From NCBI GenBank assembly GCA_045159875.1, contig CP067995.1:640001-704000 (forward strand): a stretch of 64,000 nt of DNA, read 5' to 3'. Origin of the DNA: a cyanobacterium endosymbiont of Rhopalodia gibba (GTDB taxonomy: Bacteria; Cyanobacteriota; Cyanobacteriia; Cyanobacteriales; Microcystaceae). The notes below the pieces were generated by a model. The model had not been told where the DNA came from. It saw only the letters and a list, made by a program, of their open reading frames with translations, and searched no databases. A program made the position numbers and the translations under genes. Shown in pieces: positions 22,759-33,979 of the stretch. Numbering within the stretch: position 1 is the first letter of the stretch; every line of letters begins with the position of its first letter.

Positions 22759-22826
22759 AGCGGAGACAAATGTTTCCGTTCACTCCTCACACCACACTCC
22801 GCCCGGGCATTGTTCGGGCGGTTTCT
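22759..22826 (+). ncRNA. yfr1: Yfr1 small RNA
   Basis: 5' hairpin AGCGGAGAC/GTTTCCGTT; conserved ACTCCTCACAC at 22782-22792; GC terminator hairpin CCGCCCGG/TCGGGCGG + TTTCTT; TACAAT -10 at 22747-22752; located upstream of trxA. Confidence 0.92.
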
Positions 22827-23012
22827 TATTTGCCTAAGGTACCAGAGAGATGTTCTTTTATTTCAAAAAATATTAAGTTTCTAATCAAAAAGAAATAAAT
22901 TATTTATAAAATTAAAAAGGCTCTTTGTTCGAAGTAAATCAAGATAGTTTTTGTTATGGTAGAATTCTAGAGTATTCTAGAAAGGCGCAAGCAATTAAAG
23001 GAATTCTTTATT

Positions 23013-23336
23013 ATGTCAAAGCCAGCCGAAGTGACAGATGAGAAGTTTAAAGACGACGTTTTAGACAGCGATATTCCGGTTCTAGTGGATTTTTGGGCTC
23101 CTTGGTGTGGTCCTTGTCGTATGGTTGCTCCAGTAGTAGAAGAAATCGCTGAACAGTATAAGGGTAAAGTAAAAGTCGTCAAACTCAATACCGACGACAA
23201 CCCTCAAATTGCAAGTCAGTATGGCATTCGTAGCATTCCCACTCTAATGATTTTCAAGGATGGCCAACGAGTAGATATGGTGGTTGGAGCAGTTCCCAAA
23301 ACAACTTTAGCCAACACTATTGAAAAGTATCTCTAA
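23013..23336 (+). CDS. trxA: Thioredoxin (m-type)
   Basis: [18 protein letters not shown]. Confidence 0.97.
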   Translation: MSKPAEVTDEKFKDDVLDSDIPVLVDFWAPWCGPCRMVAPVVEEIAEQYKGKVKVVKLNTDDNPQIASQYGIRSIPTLMIFKDGQRVDMVVGAVPKTTLANTIEKYL

Positions 23337-23346
23337 GAGATTTGTA

Positions 23347-23378
23347 GAGGGAAAAGACATTGTAATGTCTTTTCCTCC
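23347..23378. terminator. Hairpin between convergent trxA and the next gene; likely bidirectional terminator
   Basis: GGAAAAGACATT-GT-AATGTCTTTTCC at 23350-23375. Confidence 0.7.
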
Positions 23379-23389
23379 TGTGTTTTCTG

Positions 23390-24157
23390 TTATTGAAAAC
23401 GAACTCGTTGAGTCACTAAGGTTATACCATCTTTGCGGACTACTAGAGCAGAAAGCCATCTGTTTTCCGGTTTTTCTGAAGCTTTGATTTGTTTAAACAG
23501 TCCACCAGCTTGCAGCAATTCCAATTCCATTACTCCGGGTTCTAAATAACGATTACTATCTACCTTTTCACTAATAGCCGTTCCAGCCAAGAGATCTTCA
23601 TTGAGTGGTTCTTGGACAATGACATCAAAGTAAAACTTTTCTCCTACCTGCACTATATCGGGTAGTTTGACGTCCACCTTAGGAGGATTCGAGCCAGAAT
23701 TGAGTTCTGTCCGTTCCGTCAAAATTTCTTGATGCAATAATTTTCCATTTTGAAATGTTTGACGTGCTTTAATAGTGGCTTTAAGTTGAATGACTCGACC
23801 TGATGTTTCACTACTTCCTTCAATAATAGTTAGGGTTTTAGCCGTCCATCCTTTTTCTGTTTTATCCCAAGACTGAAGTTTGGTAGTGTATTGTAAATTA
23901 GGATAGTTTTCCCACAAAGATATTAATGCTTTGGAAAAAGATTCGGCCGTCAACCCATCAGTTGTGGCAAACTGATCGCCATATAAAGCCATCAACTTTT
24001 GATTATCACGGCTGTTAGCTGCCGTATTTATTTTTTCAATCAAACTTCTCAAAGCATTAGGGACTAAATCGGCACTTTCTGCACGAGGTACATGAATATT
24101 GCCTAAACTTAACCCCACGCCGAGTATTAAAAAGAGGAACCAACGCAATTGAATCAT
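23390..24157 (-). CDS. Secreted protein with NTF2-like domain (conserved cyanobacterial)
   Basis: Signal peptide; LWENYPNLQYTT, LQAGGLFK; NTF2 fold assignment is from family recall. Confidence 0.7.
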   Translation of the reverse strand: MIQLRWFLFLILGVGLSLGNIHVPRAESADLVPNALRSLIEKINTAANSRDNQKLMALYGDQFATTDGLTAESFSKALISLWENYPNLQYTTKLQSWDKTEKGWTAKTLTIIEGSSETSGRVIQLKATIKARQTFQNGKLLHQEILTERTELNSGSNPPKVDVKLPDIVQVGEKFYFDVIVQEPLNEDLLAGTAISEKVDSNRYLEPGVMELELLQAGGLFKQIKASEKPENRWLSALVVRKDGITLVTQRVRFQ

Positions 24158-24268
24158 CCGTCTACATTACCTTCAAACATCCTATTGTGAAAAATACAGG
24201 ATTCAGTCCCATTCTAGCGTATCTATACCTATAGTAATTTTCCTGTTCAACTCTAACTCATCACCAAT

Positions 24269-25327
24269 ATGGTTCGTCTATTAATTGCTGCAAGTGGAAC
24301 CGGAGGTCACCTATTTCCTGCATTGGCCTTGGCTGAATGCTTACCCGATTATCACATTGAATGGTTAGGAGTTCGTGATCGATTAGAAAAAACTCTGGTT
24401 GGCGCTCACTATCCTCTCCATACTATTGAGGTAGAAGGGTTTCAAAGTCGTAATCCTATTAAAATTTTGAAGGTTTTATTCAAACTGATGAGGGCAGTAT
24501 TCCAAGTAAAAAAACTAATTAAAACACATCAAATTAATATGGTATTTACGACGGGGGGATATATTGCTGCCCCTGCTATTATAGCTGCCCGTTTGTCAGG
24601 TATTAAGGCAATTATCCATGAATCTAATTTCATTCCAGGAAAAGTAACTCGTCTATTAAGTAGAACTTGCGATGGAGTAGCTTTGGGGTTTAAAGAAACG
24701 ACACAGTATTTACCCCAGTCCAAGACAGTATGGGTCAGCACTCCTGTGAGATCACAATTCTACAGTCCCCAACCCTTAGACTTACCCATTCCTGACAATG
24801 TCTTCTTAATTGTAGTGGTGGGGGGATCTCAAGGAGCTGTTTCTATCAACAACCTAATCCGTCAGTGCGCTTACTCTTGGTTGTCTGAGGGAGCATATAT
24901 CGTTCATTTAACGGGAATACATGATCCTGATGGTTCAAGTTTACAGCATCCCCACTATTTCCCTCTACATTTTTATGACAATATGGCGGGATTATTACAA
25001 AGGGCAAATTTAGCGGTGAGTAGAGCTGGTGCGGGAACATTAACGGAATTAGCTATTACTCAAACTCCAGCTATTTTAATTCCCTATCCTTTTGCCGCTG
25101 AAAATCACCAAGTTTATAATGCTCAGATTGTTGAAAAAGCAGGTGCAGCGTTAGTTTACCGTCAAGAAGAAATAACGCCTGAGATATTAGAAAATTCAGT
25201 ATTAAAATTATTAAAGAATTGCGATCAACTTCAAAAGATGGCAAATAAAGCAGGAACTTTAGCTGTTTTTGACAGTGCCCAACAATTAGCTAAAATGATT
25301 GAAGAAATGATAATTCCTAAAGTCTAA
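24269..25327 (+). CDS. murG: Lipid I N-acetylglucosaminyltransferase
   Basis: SGTGGHLFPA, TGGYIAAP, HESN, GGSQGA, SRAGA, IPYP. Confidence 0.96.
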   Translation: MVRLLIAASGTGGHLFPALALAECLPDYHIEWLGVRDRLEKTLVGAHYPLHTIEVEGFQSRNPIKILKVLFKLMRAVFQVKKLIKTHQINMVFTTGGYIAAPAIIAARLSGIKAIIHESNFIPGKVTRLLSRTCDGVALGFKETTQYLPQSKTVWVSTPVRSQFYSPQPLDLPIPDNVFLIVVVGGSQGAVSINNLIRQCAYSWLSEGAYIVHLTGIHDPDGSSLQHPHYFPLHFYDNMAGLLQRANLAVSRAGAGTLTELAITQTPAILIPYPFAAENHQVYNAQIVEKAGAALVYRQEEITPEILENSVLKLLKNCDQLQKMANKAGTLAVFDSAQQLAKMIEEMIIPKV

Positions 25328-26006
25328 CTTAAATTGTTATTTTTTGAGTTTCCTTTCTTGTGAAGGTTGTCAAATGAGTGTGTAATAGACGCTGAATAAG
25401 AGTACTAACCAAATATATCCTTATTAGGGACGAGTAAAGAAAACCCAATTAGGAGTATTATCATAACAATGATTAACAAAGAGAAGCTAATACTCAGGTA
25501 TAATTCCTTTGAAACTATGACTATATTGATTTTAGCTAACCCCTCTCTTTTTCAAAAATAATCAGGATTTTATACATTATTTCTGTGGTAATGTTAAAAA
25601 GCAATAGAATCAAGATAATAACTGTGTACTAGAAGAAAAGCGAATATTTTAGTTTTTCTAAAAAACAAGGAAATGAAAAGCTTTGAGATTGATTCGTAGT
25701 ACAAATGCTAAATTTTATTAATGGTTACAATCAAGAGTGACAAATACTTCAGCAGTTTAACTTCGATCTAAACACTATCGAGGATGAAGATAACAAAAAT
25801 GAACTAGACAATGCTAAAGATTGTTTAACCATAAAAACCAAAAGCTGCAGATATATTGAAACAAATTCCTTAATATAAGATTTATATTAACTTCAAATAA
25901 AGTGAAAACTTTGGTATACTTACTACTGAGTACCAGGATTGCACTGACAATAGGTTTTTAAAAAAAATCATTAAAATACCAGTTTTTAATTTATTAAAAA
26001 TAATTT

Positions 26007-26627
26007 ATGAATCCTCCTCCCTACTGGCAAGATGCAATCATATATTTGTCTGATAAAGATAAAATTATCGCACAGTTAATCACCACTTACCAAAATGAAA
26101 GTATAATTAATCATCACAATCCTTTTTACACTTTGGTACGTGCAATTATTGGACAGCAAATATCTGTTAAGGCGGCTGACTCTATTTGGCGACGACTAGA
26201 ATTAAATATACCAATTTTTTCTCCAAAAAAAATTTTAGAAATAGATAAAAATCAATTTAAAGAATGGGGATTATCTCGTCAAAAAATTAACTATATTACC
26301 AACATTGCTAACGGGTTTAAAGATGGTCCTCTCACTCCTAATTTATGGTTACACATGAGTGACAAGGAAGTGTCTAAACAACTCATTTCTATCAAAGGAA
26401 TTGGACAGTGGACAGCTGAAATGTTTCTAATTTTTCATCTACATCGATCTGATATTTTCCCTATTACTGATTTAGCATTAATTAATGTAATTAACTATCT
26501 TTATTCAAAGAAATCATCTCTATCAAAAGCTGATATTATAGACTTATCTCAACAATGGAGACCTTATCGGACAGTGGCAACTTGGTATTTATGGCGCAGT
26601 CTTGATCCTGTTCCAGTACAGTATTAA
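26007..26627 (+). CDS. alkA: DNA-3-methyladenine glycosylase II (HhH-GPD)
   Basis: IIGQQIS, IKGIGQWTAEM HhH, WRPYRTVATWYLW. Confidence 0.88.
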   Translation: MNPPPYWQDAIIYLSDKDKIIAQLITTYQNESIINHHNPFYTLVRAIIGQQISVKAADSIWRRLELNIPIFSPKKILEIDKNQFKEWGLSRQKINYITNIANGFKDGPLTPNLWLHMSDKEVSKQLISIKGIGQWTAEMFLIFHLHRSDIFPITDLALINVINYLYSKKSSLSKADIIDLSQQWRPYRTVATWYLWRSLDPVPVQY

Positions 26628-27559
26628 AACTTTTTATGAAAAATTTAACCAAAATTATTATCCTAATAATATATTAAATATTCTGTATTAATAACATATT
26701 TTTTATTTAAATAAATTTACAAAAAATGAACCCAAGATATATTTTTAAATTAAAATTAATTTTTTAAAGAACCTCTTAAAAGGAGGTTTTATTAAAAAAT
26801 AGACTAAACAGTAACTCGTATATAATTTTTGTTCAATCTATCTCAAGATACATTGTCGTCAAATTAAATGTAATTGATGTGTCAATACAATTTCAAGATA
26901 GTTTTTATCTTAAAAAAAGAAGAAAAAGAACATTGACTAAAATATTTAAAAAAACAATTTAATGAAGAGTTTTTTAATAAAGTAAAGACAAAAATTATGG
27001 AAATAAGAAAATATAAAATAATAGTAAAATAGAACTAGACAGATAAAACATGATTATTTTTTAGAAAAATACAATTTTTTAGAAAGAATTAAGACTATTA
27101 ATTGAAATCAGTTAGTTAGTCTTAAAAAGATGTGGGATATTATTTGTATTCTAATCTAGAAACAATTCAAGCAATATGAGAAGGTATTAATGATAAATTA
27201 ATTGTAGTTATATTTAGAGGAGAGCTTGTGAAGTTAAGAATTCTATTGATTTTAAATCCCGAAGTTTTTTAACTTGGTATTCTGCTAGTTAATTCTACAT
27301 CATCAGTGCAATATAACTAAGCTAAAGCTCCTCAAAAATTATATGGACTTAAGTCTATTTTTAAAAGTTTTGTCAAATTTTAGGAAATAGAAATTTCTTT
27401 CCCCATATTTTTCATATAGATTCTGAAGTCCTCATTCTTGTACGTTAAGCATCCTCCAAATGAATGAAATTAACTTCATCTGTTGAGGGGAAGTTGATTA
27501 ATACCTGTACCTGATTAGATAGAGATGAGTAGGTTTCGTCACAGAAGTAGAGGATAACT

Positions 27560-27712
27560 ATGACCATGACTCACAAGTCCCTAAAACTGTTGATTGTTGT
27601 AGCTACCTTTTTCGTCTGGGTGCGGTTGTTCGTAGGTACTGTACAGACCTTGAATAGTACGACAGAAAATCACTGGAATAATCGAGCATTTGCCACCGAA
27701 AAGACCAAGTAA
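27560..27712 (+). CDS. Putative 50-aa small protein with one hydrophobic helix (not in ORF track)
   Basis: MTMTHKSLKLLIVVATFFVWVRLFVGTVQTLNSTTENHWNNRAFATEKTK; GAGGA RBS just upstream; GC content like intact genes. Confidence 0.5.
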   Translation: MTMTHKSLKLLIVVATFFVWVRLFVGTVQTLNSTTENHWNNRAFATEKTK

Positions 27713-27909
27713 CTATTTGACGGTTAAGGATGGGGTTTGGTCTAACCTTTTGTGCGAGGGGAGAGCTCCATACTTCGCCCGGCACCAACGGTATGAGTGT
27801 GGAGTTAACTTAGAGCAAATAGATAAAAAACACTTCATAAATCTATTCATACATCTAAAAGAAACTACTAAAACGGCAACCTTGTTAGATCTTGAGGTTA
27901 GAGAGGGCG

Positions 27910-29151
27910 TCACGTTGTGTACTCTGAGTTAATTCTGATGTAGTCGTAGCTTAAATCACAGCCCCAAGCAGTCCCCTGTCCAGAGCCATTACCAATACGC
28001 ACTGAAATCAAGACTGTATCTTCTTGAAGATAGGTCCCCGTGGCCGCTTGTCTCAAGTAATTACTCGCCTCTTGTCGGTTAAATTCCAGAGGCTGACCGC
28101 TTTCGAGCATCAAGAAATTCCCTAATTTTACTTGCAAATCTTCTTGACGGAAGGTAACGTCGGCCTTTCCTGCAGCTGCTGCGATACGACCCCAATTGGG
28201 GTCACGTCCAAAAATTGCCGATTTAACTAATGATGACCCGGCGATGGTTTTGGCGACACGCCGCGCCCCTTGATCATCTAGTGCGCCTGAAACCTGTACC
28301 TCAATCAAACAAGTTGCCCCTTCTCCATCTCTAGCGATCGCCTTAGCTAAATGCTGACAGACTGCCTTTAACATGGCTTGTAGTTTCTCGGCATCTTTAC
28401 TCATTTCCGTAATGATGGGGGTGCGGGATTGACCATTAGCCAGGGCAATGAAACAGTCATTTGTACTAGTGTCTCCATCCACCGTAATTTGATTAAAACT
28501 TTCGTTAGCGACTTGAGTGATCATTTTTTGCCAGAGGGGAGTAGCTACTAACCCATCACAGGTAATGAACGACAGCATAGTCGCCATGTTAGGATGAATC
28601 ATTCCTGATCCCTTAGCCATACCACCAATACGGACTGGACGACCATCAATGGTGGTTTCTAGGGCAATAGATTTGGGGACTGAGTCAGTGGTAATAATTG
28701 CTTCAGCGGCGGCATCTCCTCCAGTGTCGGATAGGGCATTAACTAAAATTGGAATGCCTCGACGTATTTTATCCATACGAATATTCTGACCAATTACTCC
28801 TGTGGAAGCTAAGAGAACCTCGTTAGGAGAAATATTGAGAGCATCTCCTAAGAGATTGGCACTTTCTAGGACATCTTGCCACCCTTGTTCCCCCGTGGCG
28901 GCATTGGCTTGTCCGGCATTGCACATAATAGCACGACTACTGGTTTTGGCTCGGAGACATTGACGACAGTAGTCCACACAAGCTGCGTGAACTTGCGAAG
29001 TGGTAAACACACCAGCTGCGATTGCCTCAGTATCTGAGACAATGAGAGCTAAATCGGGAGTACCCGATGGTTTTAACCCTGCCGCAATTCCGGCTGCTTT
29101 AAAACCTTTGGGAGCGGTAATTCCGCCACTAATCACCTGCCAGTCCATCAT
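27910..29151 (-). CDS. argJ: Ornithine acetyltransferase / N-acetylglutamate synthase
   Basis: ASTGVIG, KGSGMIHPNMATML autocleavage site, DGDTSTND, DGEGAT, GRDPNWGR. Confidence 0.97.
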   Translation of the reverse strand: MMDWQVISGGITAPKGFKAAGIAAGLKPSGTPDLALIVSDTEAIAAGVFTTSQVHAACVDYCRQCLRAKTSSRAIMCNAGQANAATGEQGWQDVLESANLLGDALNISPNEVLLASTGVIGQNIRMDKIRRGIPILVNALSDTGGDAAAEAIITTDSVPKSIALETTIDGRPVRIGGMAKGSGMIHPNMATMLSFITCDGLVATPLWQKMITQVANESFNQITVDGDTSTNDCFIALANGQSRTPIITEMSKDAEKLQAMLKAVCQHLAKAIARDGEGATCLIEVQVSGALDDQGARRVAKTIAGSSLVKSAIFGRDPNWGRIAAAAGKADVTFRQEDLQVKLGNFLMLESGQPLEFNRQEASNYLRQAATGTYLQEDTVLISVRIGNGSGQGTAWGCDLSYDYIRINSEYTT

Positions 29152-29346
29152 ACGTATTTACCTATTTTCCTTACCTATTGTTGAGGTTAGTTAAAAAGTT
29201 GATTATAGCAAGTAGATTTTCAGTCGATCTAAAAATATCAGTTTGAAGATTTGTTTCAACCTTATTGAGAAATGAGGAGTATTGCCTTAAAAGTCTGGCA
29301 ACTTATTTAGACTAGAATGGGTGGCATTTAGATAAATTTTCTCTAG

Positions 29347-30192
29347 ATGAATACAAAACACAATACCCAATACAGACAAGGTTGGTCACTTGATGAGCGT
29401 GATCCAAAGTTTATCGCTTCACTGATGCCCTATTGGGAATGGTTGTATAAATACTATTTTCGAGTAAAGACTGACGGTTGGCATCATATACCCGAAAAAG
29501 GACCTTTACTGTTGGTAGGATCCCACAATGGGGGACTAGCTTCTCCTGATACATCTATGATGATGTATGATTGGTTTTCTCGTTTTGGCATTGAACGTCC
29601 TACCTATGGATTAATGCACCAGTCTGTCTGGACCATTAATCCATCAGCAGCCAATCTCGCCGTGCAAGTAGGAGCAGTTCGCGCCCATTCTAGAATGGGA
29701 ATTGCTGCTTTAAGACGGAGGGCTAGTGTTTTAGTTTATCCAGGAGGGGCGCAAGATGTGTTTCGTCCCTATACAAATCGCCATAAAATTGAGTTGGCTG
29801 GACGTAAAGGCTTCCTTAAATTAGCATTGCGTGAAAAATCTCCCATTGTTCCTGTAATTTCTGTAGGAGCGCATGAAACCTTGATAGTATTGGGGGATTG
29901 TTATCAGCAAGCGAAGCAATTGAACGAATGGGGAATATTACCTTGGTTATTTAATATTGATCCTGAAGTGTTCCCCATCTATTTAGGGTTGCCTTGGGGC
30001 GTTGGCATTGGAGCTCTTCCTAATTTTCCTCTTCCTGTCACCATTCATACTCGTGTCTGTCCTCCTATTATTTTTAAACGTTATGGCAGAGAGGCAGCTA
30101 GTGATCGCTTTTACGTTGATGCCTGTTATGAGTTAGTGCGCTCACAGATGCAACAGCATTTAGATCAATTGGTAATTGATAGTCAAAATTGA
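29347..30192 (+). CDS. PlsC/DGAT2-like acyltransferase (Slr2103-like)
   Basis: GSHNGGLASPD acyltransferase motif, YPGGAQD, RKGF, PIVPV; N-terminal GWSLDERDP. Confidence 0.8.
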   Translation: MNTKHNTQYRQGWSLDERDPKFIASLMPYWEWLYKYYFRVKTDGWHHIPEKGPLLLVGSHNGGLASPDTSMMMYDWFSRFGIERPTYGLMHQSVWTINPSAANLAVQVGAVRAHSRMGIAALRRRASVLVYPGGAQDVFRPYTNRHKIELAGRKGFLKLALREKSPIVPVISVGAHETLIVLGDCYQQAKQLNEWGILPWLFNIDPEVFPIYLGLPWGVGIGALPNFPLPVTIHTRVCPPIIFKRYGREAASDRFYVDACYELVRSQMQQHLDQLVIDSQN

Positions 30193-30999
30193 TTGGTGAC
30201 ATTTAGAAAAGTTAAGCTACTTTTGCCGATCACAGTGGACTTCATTGCAATTAAATTTACATTCACTCACATAAATAGAAACTTCTTAAGTTGCGTAGGT
30301 ACTCAACTTCTTTTAAGCTTCATTAAGTAAACCATTTAATCAGCGCTGAAGCAACCTTCCAACTATCGATAATCAGGACTACAGTTTTTTTCAAAAAATA
30401 ACAAGAGGTAAGACTAGCTTATTTTTTTACCCGAAATTAAGATAAAATTTCTTATATAAATAGGAATAAGTAATCAACCTTTATGATTGATTGAATAATT
30501 TTGATCACTTTAATTCTTAGAATATCGGAGTAGAATAGATGAAACTAATATGGGTTAATAACAAATAATACAGTGACATCATTACCTAGCGGATAAGCTC
30601 CATAGAAAGATTCTAGTTAACTATATTAGAAAATGTTTTTAAAAATAGAGAAACTTTTATTATGCATATACAATATATGAAATTATTTAAAGTTTCGATC
30701 TTTTAATCTAAGACAATAATTTGAATGTTTATAAATTTGTCTATCATAGAGAAAAGATAGTATTTATTTTACAAATAAATTATTACTTAACTAACGGAAT
30801 AGTCGTAAACTTAAAAGTAAGTCAACTATGTACTATTTAGGAATATACAAAGCAATTACTATGTACCTAAATAACTTAAAATTACTCAATAATAACTAAA
30901 TATATTAAGTGAAAAAGATGCTTAATTATAGTTAATATACTTGAAAAGTAGTATCACTTTTAAGTTCAAAGATAATTTAATTATTAACTTAAAACTAAT

Positions 31000-31870
31000 T
31001 TTTTATTTACTCTTTAGATTAGATTAACTCTGACTAGAAAAAAACTCATATCATATTTTCTGACTATGAATCTGTTGATTACATATAATGACTTCAGTAC
31101 CTAGTATTAATATTCAATAAATGAATAATTTGTTTTTGTTTAGAAAAATAGGCTTTTGTTAACTTCATTTAAATCTTGATGATCCTGGCAAAATACAATT
31201 GAACAATATTGATTATAAGTTTATTTTTTTAAAATTAGTTTAAATATACTATTCTCTTATTTTTCTTTATTTATATAATTTAAAACAACTGATACGCTCA
31301 TTTATGAATTGAGACTTATCGATTTTTAGCTATTCCTAGTAGGAAACCTATTTTCTGGTTATTAGACAAAGTATAAAATATCTATGATAAACGATTAAAG
31401 CCTGAATACTGAGATTAAGAAATCAAATATTAGGTATAGAGGTATAAATTACGCTTAACTATTGATTTATTTACAGTGGTTTCAAGACAGATATTCTATA
31501 CTTTAACAATTATTTTGGATTTTTAGATAGCCCATGTCTAAGTTTATTTATTAATATATAATTTGAAAAATTCAACAAATTAGTCTAAACCTGTAGAAAC
31601 TCCAAGTAGTTATACATAAATTAAGTAACACTATATTAGTATATATCATAACTTTAAAAGTTATCGCCGTTATCATCAAAAATAGATGACAAAATGTTTG
31701 AACAGAGCTAGGCATAAAAACTCTAACTAATTAACGTTGTCTCTTTATTTTAGAATGCTTATAAAATTAGAGCCATAAAAGATTTAATTTGAATTAAATA
31801 AAAATTAAAAAATTACTCAAGTATTGTTTTAAAGTTTGGCTTGGACTTCTTGCAATCAGAGGATTTTATG
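31000..31870 (+). mobile_element. Heavily decayed IS4-family transposase (boundaries approximate)
   Basis: Fragments FSDYESVDY (~FFRDFELDY), PIFWLLDKV (~PLLWWMLDK), AYKI (~WAYKVG), IKIKK..FGLDFLQ (~PIKIKKHG..YGLDFLR). Confidence 0.4.
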
Positions 31871-32056
31871 ACTATAAATTTATAGTTTATTTGCATTTTT
31901 AATAATTATTATTTTTTTTGGTATTTAACTACTATTAACATACATATTATATTCAACTAGTTAAGTTTTCAATAAAGATCCATATTTTAAATTTAAAATG
32001 ACTTACTATAAACCGAAAATCAATTATACTTACCCACTTATTTAATTAAGTTAATG

Positions 32057-33979
32057 TTACTCGTAAATTTCTAGGTTAGAAAAACTCAGAGAAGATTCAA
32101 GTTCTTTTATTTTGATTAAACTAATATAGTATTCATTCAGATAATATTGCTTCACTTCTGAATCAATATTAGGGTCAATATTTTTATACTTTTTATAAAA
32201 AAAGTTACTATACTTTGCCAATTTAGCTTTTTCCATAAATATTAAAGCGCAGTGAATTTGTAAAGGACTTCGGTGAATATTTTCTTGATGATTCTGACTG
32301 AGATAAAAAATATGATTAAATTGAGTGGTCGAGTGAGAAACCTGTAAGACTTTCTCTTGTAACAAAGAAATAAGACTATTAGGTTTATAATTTATCTCTC
32401 CTTCAATTTCCGATATTTTCTCCCATAAGAACCGATATTCAGATACACTGAAAGTTATATTTTTTTCTTCAAGTAGATTAAAAATTTCTTGACGATATTC
32501 AGGACAGTGACAATAAATTTGTAACAATAATGCTTCAGCTTGTTGGAGGGAGGTATCTTCACCATAGGAAATTTTCTTAATTCCTAAAGATGAATAATTT
32601 TTGATAGTGGAAGGAAAATTAGGTTTCTTGATTTGTATTTGTAAATTTTTAAGGTAAAGCGGTAAAGATAGAGTATCTCCTTGACTCAAAATCTCAGCGC
32701 AGTAACGAATATAATAAGTCTGTTTATTACTATTTTCGATGCGGTTCAATAGCTTAACCATTTCTTGAGCAACTTGTTCAAAATGCTCTGCCTTTTTGAG
32801 ATCTTTATTAACTAATAATTGTTGAAGTTGCCAGTCAAACCAAAGAGGCGCATTATCAATTAATTCATGGAAAGTTTCAACTGAATTCGGATTAGATTTT
32901 AAGAAATCATCGGCATCCTTGGCATTTTTAAAGTTCAGAACTCGTAATTGTACTTGTCCCGAATAGACTAATGACTCAACATCACTAATTGCCCGTTGTG
33001 TTGCTTTTTGTCCGGCTAGATCTGAATCAAAATTCAAGATCACCTGTTTAGAATCAGTATATTTAAGCAATTGTTTTAATTGTACTTTGCTCAAAGTAGT
33101 TCCTAGGGACGCTACCGTATTGGTAATTCCTAAAGCATGGAGGGCAATTGCATCAAAATACCCTTCTACTACCACCACTTTATCCAAAGAACGAATACTA
33201 TTTTTAGCTTTATATAGGGCAAATAAAGTATGACTTTTTTTAAATAAAGTAGTTTCAGGGGAGTTAAGATATTTTGGTTGTTCATCTCCTCCTAAAGTTC
33301 GACTTCCAAACCCAATTACTCGTCCTTGAATATCAGTAATAGGAATAATCAGGCGATTACGGAATTGATCGTAATAACCGCTTCCACTTTTGCGCAAAGC
33401 AATTACCCCGGCTTCCTCAACTAAAGCAATTGGATAACGTTTTTGTTCAATTAAGTAATAATAGAGAGTTTTCCATTCTTCAGGGGCATATCCTAACTTA
33501 AATTGCTGTATCGTTTCTTGATTTAATTGACGTTTGCATTCAAGATAATTAAGGGCATTTTTTCCTTGAGGTTGATGAAGGATGTGCTGATAAAAACTAG
33601 TCGTTATGGCGAGAATTTCATAGAGTTGTTCTTTTAAAGATAGCTGACGTTGTAATTTCTTCTGTTGTTCAGGTTCAAGAGTTTTAATTGGAACTTGATA
33701 GCGTTTTGCCAGATTAAAAAACACGTCACTAAAAGATTGTTTCTCCACTTCCATAAGGAATTTAATAGCGTTTCCCCCTTCACCACAACCAAAACAATAA
33801 TAAAGTTGTTTATGAATACTAACGCTAAAACTAGGGGTTTTTTCATCGTGAAAAGGGCATAACCCGACATAGTCTTTACCCCTCTTTTTAAGAACTACAT
33901 AATCTGAAATGACATCATAAATGTCAACCATTTGTTTTATCTTTTCAAGGGTGTCAGGATGAAGAGGAGGAGTGTCCAT
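32057..33979 (-). CDS. dnaG: DNA primase
   Basis: CPFHDEKTPSF..YYCFGC zinc finger, PKYLNSPET, VVEGYFD, FDSDLAG, KDADD. Confidence 0.97.
   Translation of the reverse strand: MDTPPLHPDTLEKIKQMVDIYDVISDYVVLKKRGKDYVGLCPFHDEKTPSFSVSIHKQLYYCFGCGEGGNAIKFLMEVEKQSFSDVFFNLAKRYQVPIKTLEPEQQKKLQRQLSLKEQLYEILAITTSFYQHILHQPQGKNALNYLECKRQLNQETIQQFKLGYAPEEWKTLYYYLIEQKRYPIALVEEAGVIALRKSGSGYYDQFRNRLIIPITDIQGRVIGFGSRTLGGDEQPKYLNSPETTLFKKSHTLFALYKAKNSIRSLDKVVVVEGYFDAIALHALGITNTVASLGTTLSKVQLKQLLKYTDSKQVILNFDSDLAGQKATQRAISDVESLVYSGQVQLRVLNFKNAKDADDFLKSNPNSVETFHELIDNAPLWFDWQLQQLLVNKDLKKAEHFEQVAQEMVKLLNRIENSNKQTYYIRYCAEILSQGDTLSLPLYLKNLQIQIKKPNFPSTIKNYSSLGIKKISYGEDTSLQQAEALLLQIYCHCPEYRQEIFNLLEEKNITFSVSEYRFLWEKISEIEGEINYKPNSLISLLQEKVLQVSHSTTQFNHIFYLSQNHQENIHRSPLQIHCALIFMEKAKLAKYSNFFYKKYKNIDPNIDSEVKQYYLNEYYISLIKIKELESSLSFSNLEIYE

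Noticed and set aside
22646..22837. 63-aa ORF
   Set aside because: Runs through Yfr1 and its terminator; TTG start, no recognisable motif
25480..25950. Possible Uma2 endonuclease remnant
   Set aside because: Only VLEEKRI and scattered residues; not enough
26700..27400. Possible second IS4-type transposase fossil
   Set aside because: YYLYSNLE is suggestive, but the other motifs are not convincing
27603..27932. Three overlapping 61-80 aa ORFs in the track
   Set aside because: No RBS or motif; the 27560-27712 frame is better supported
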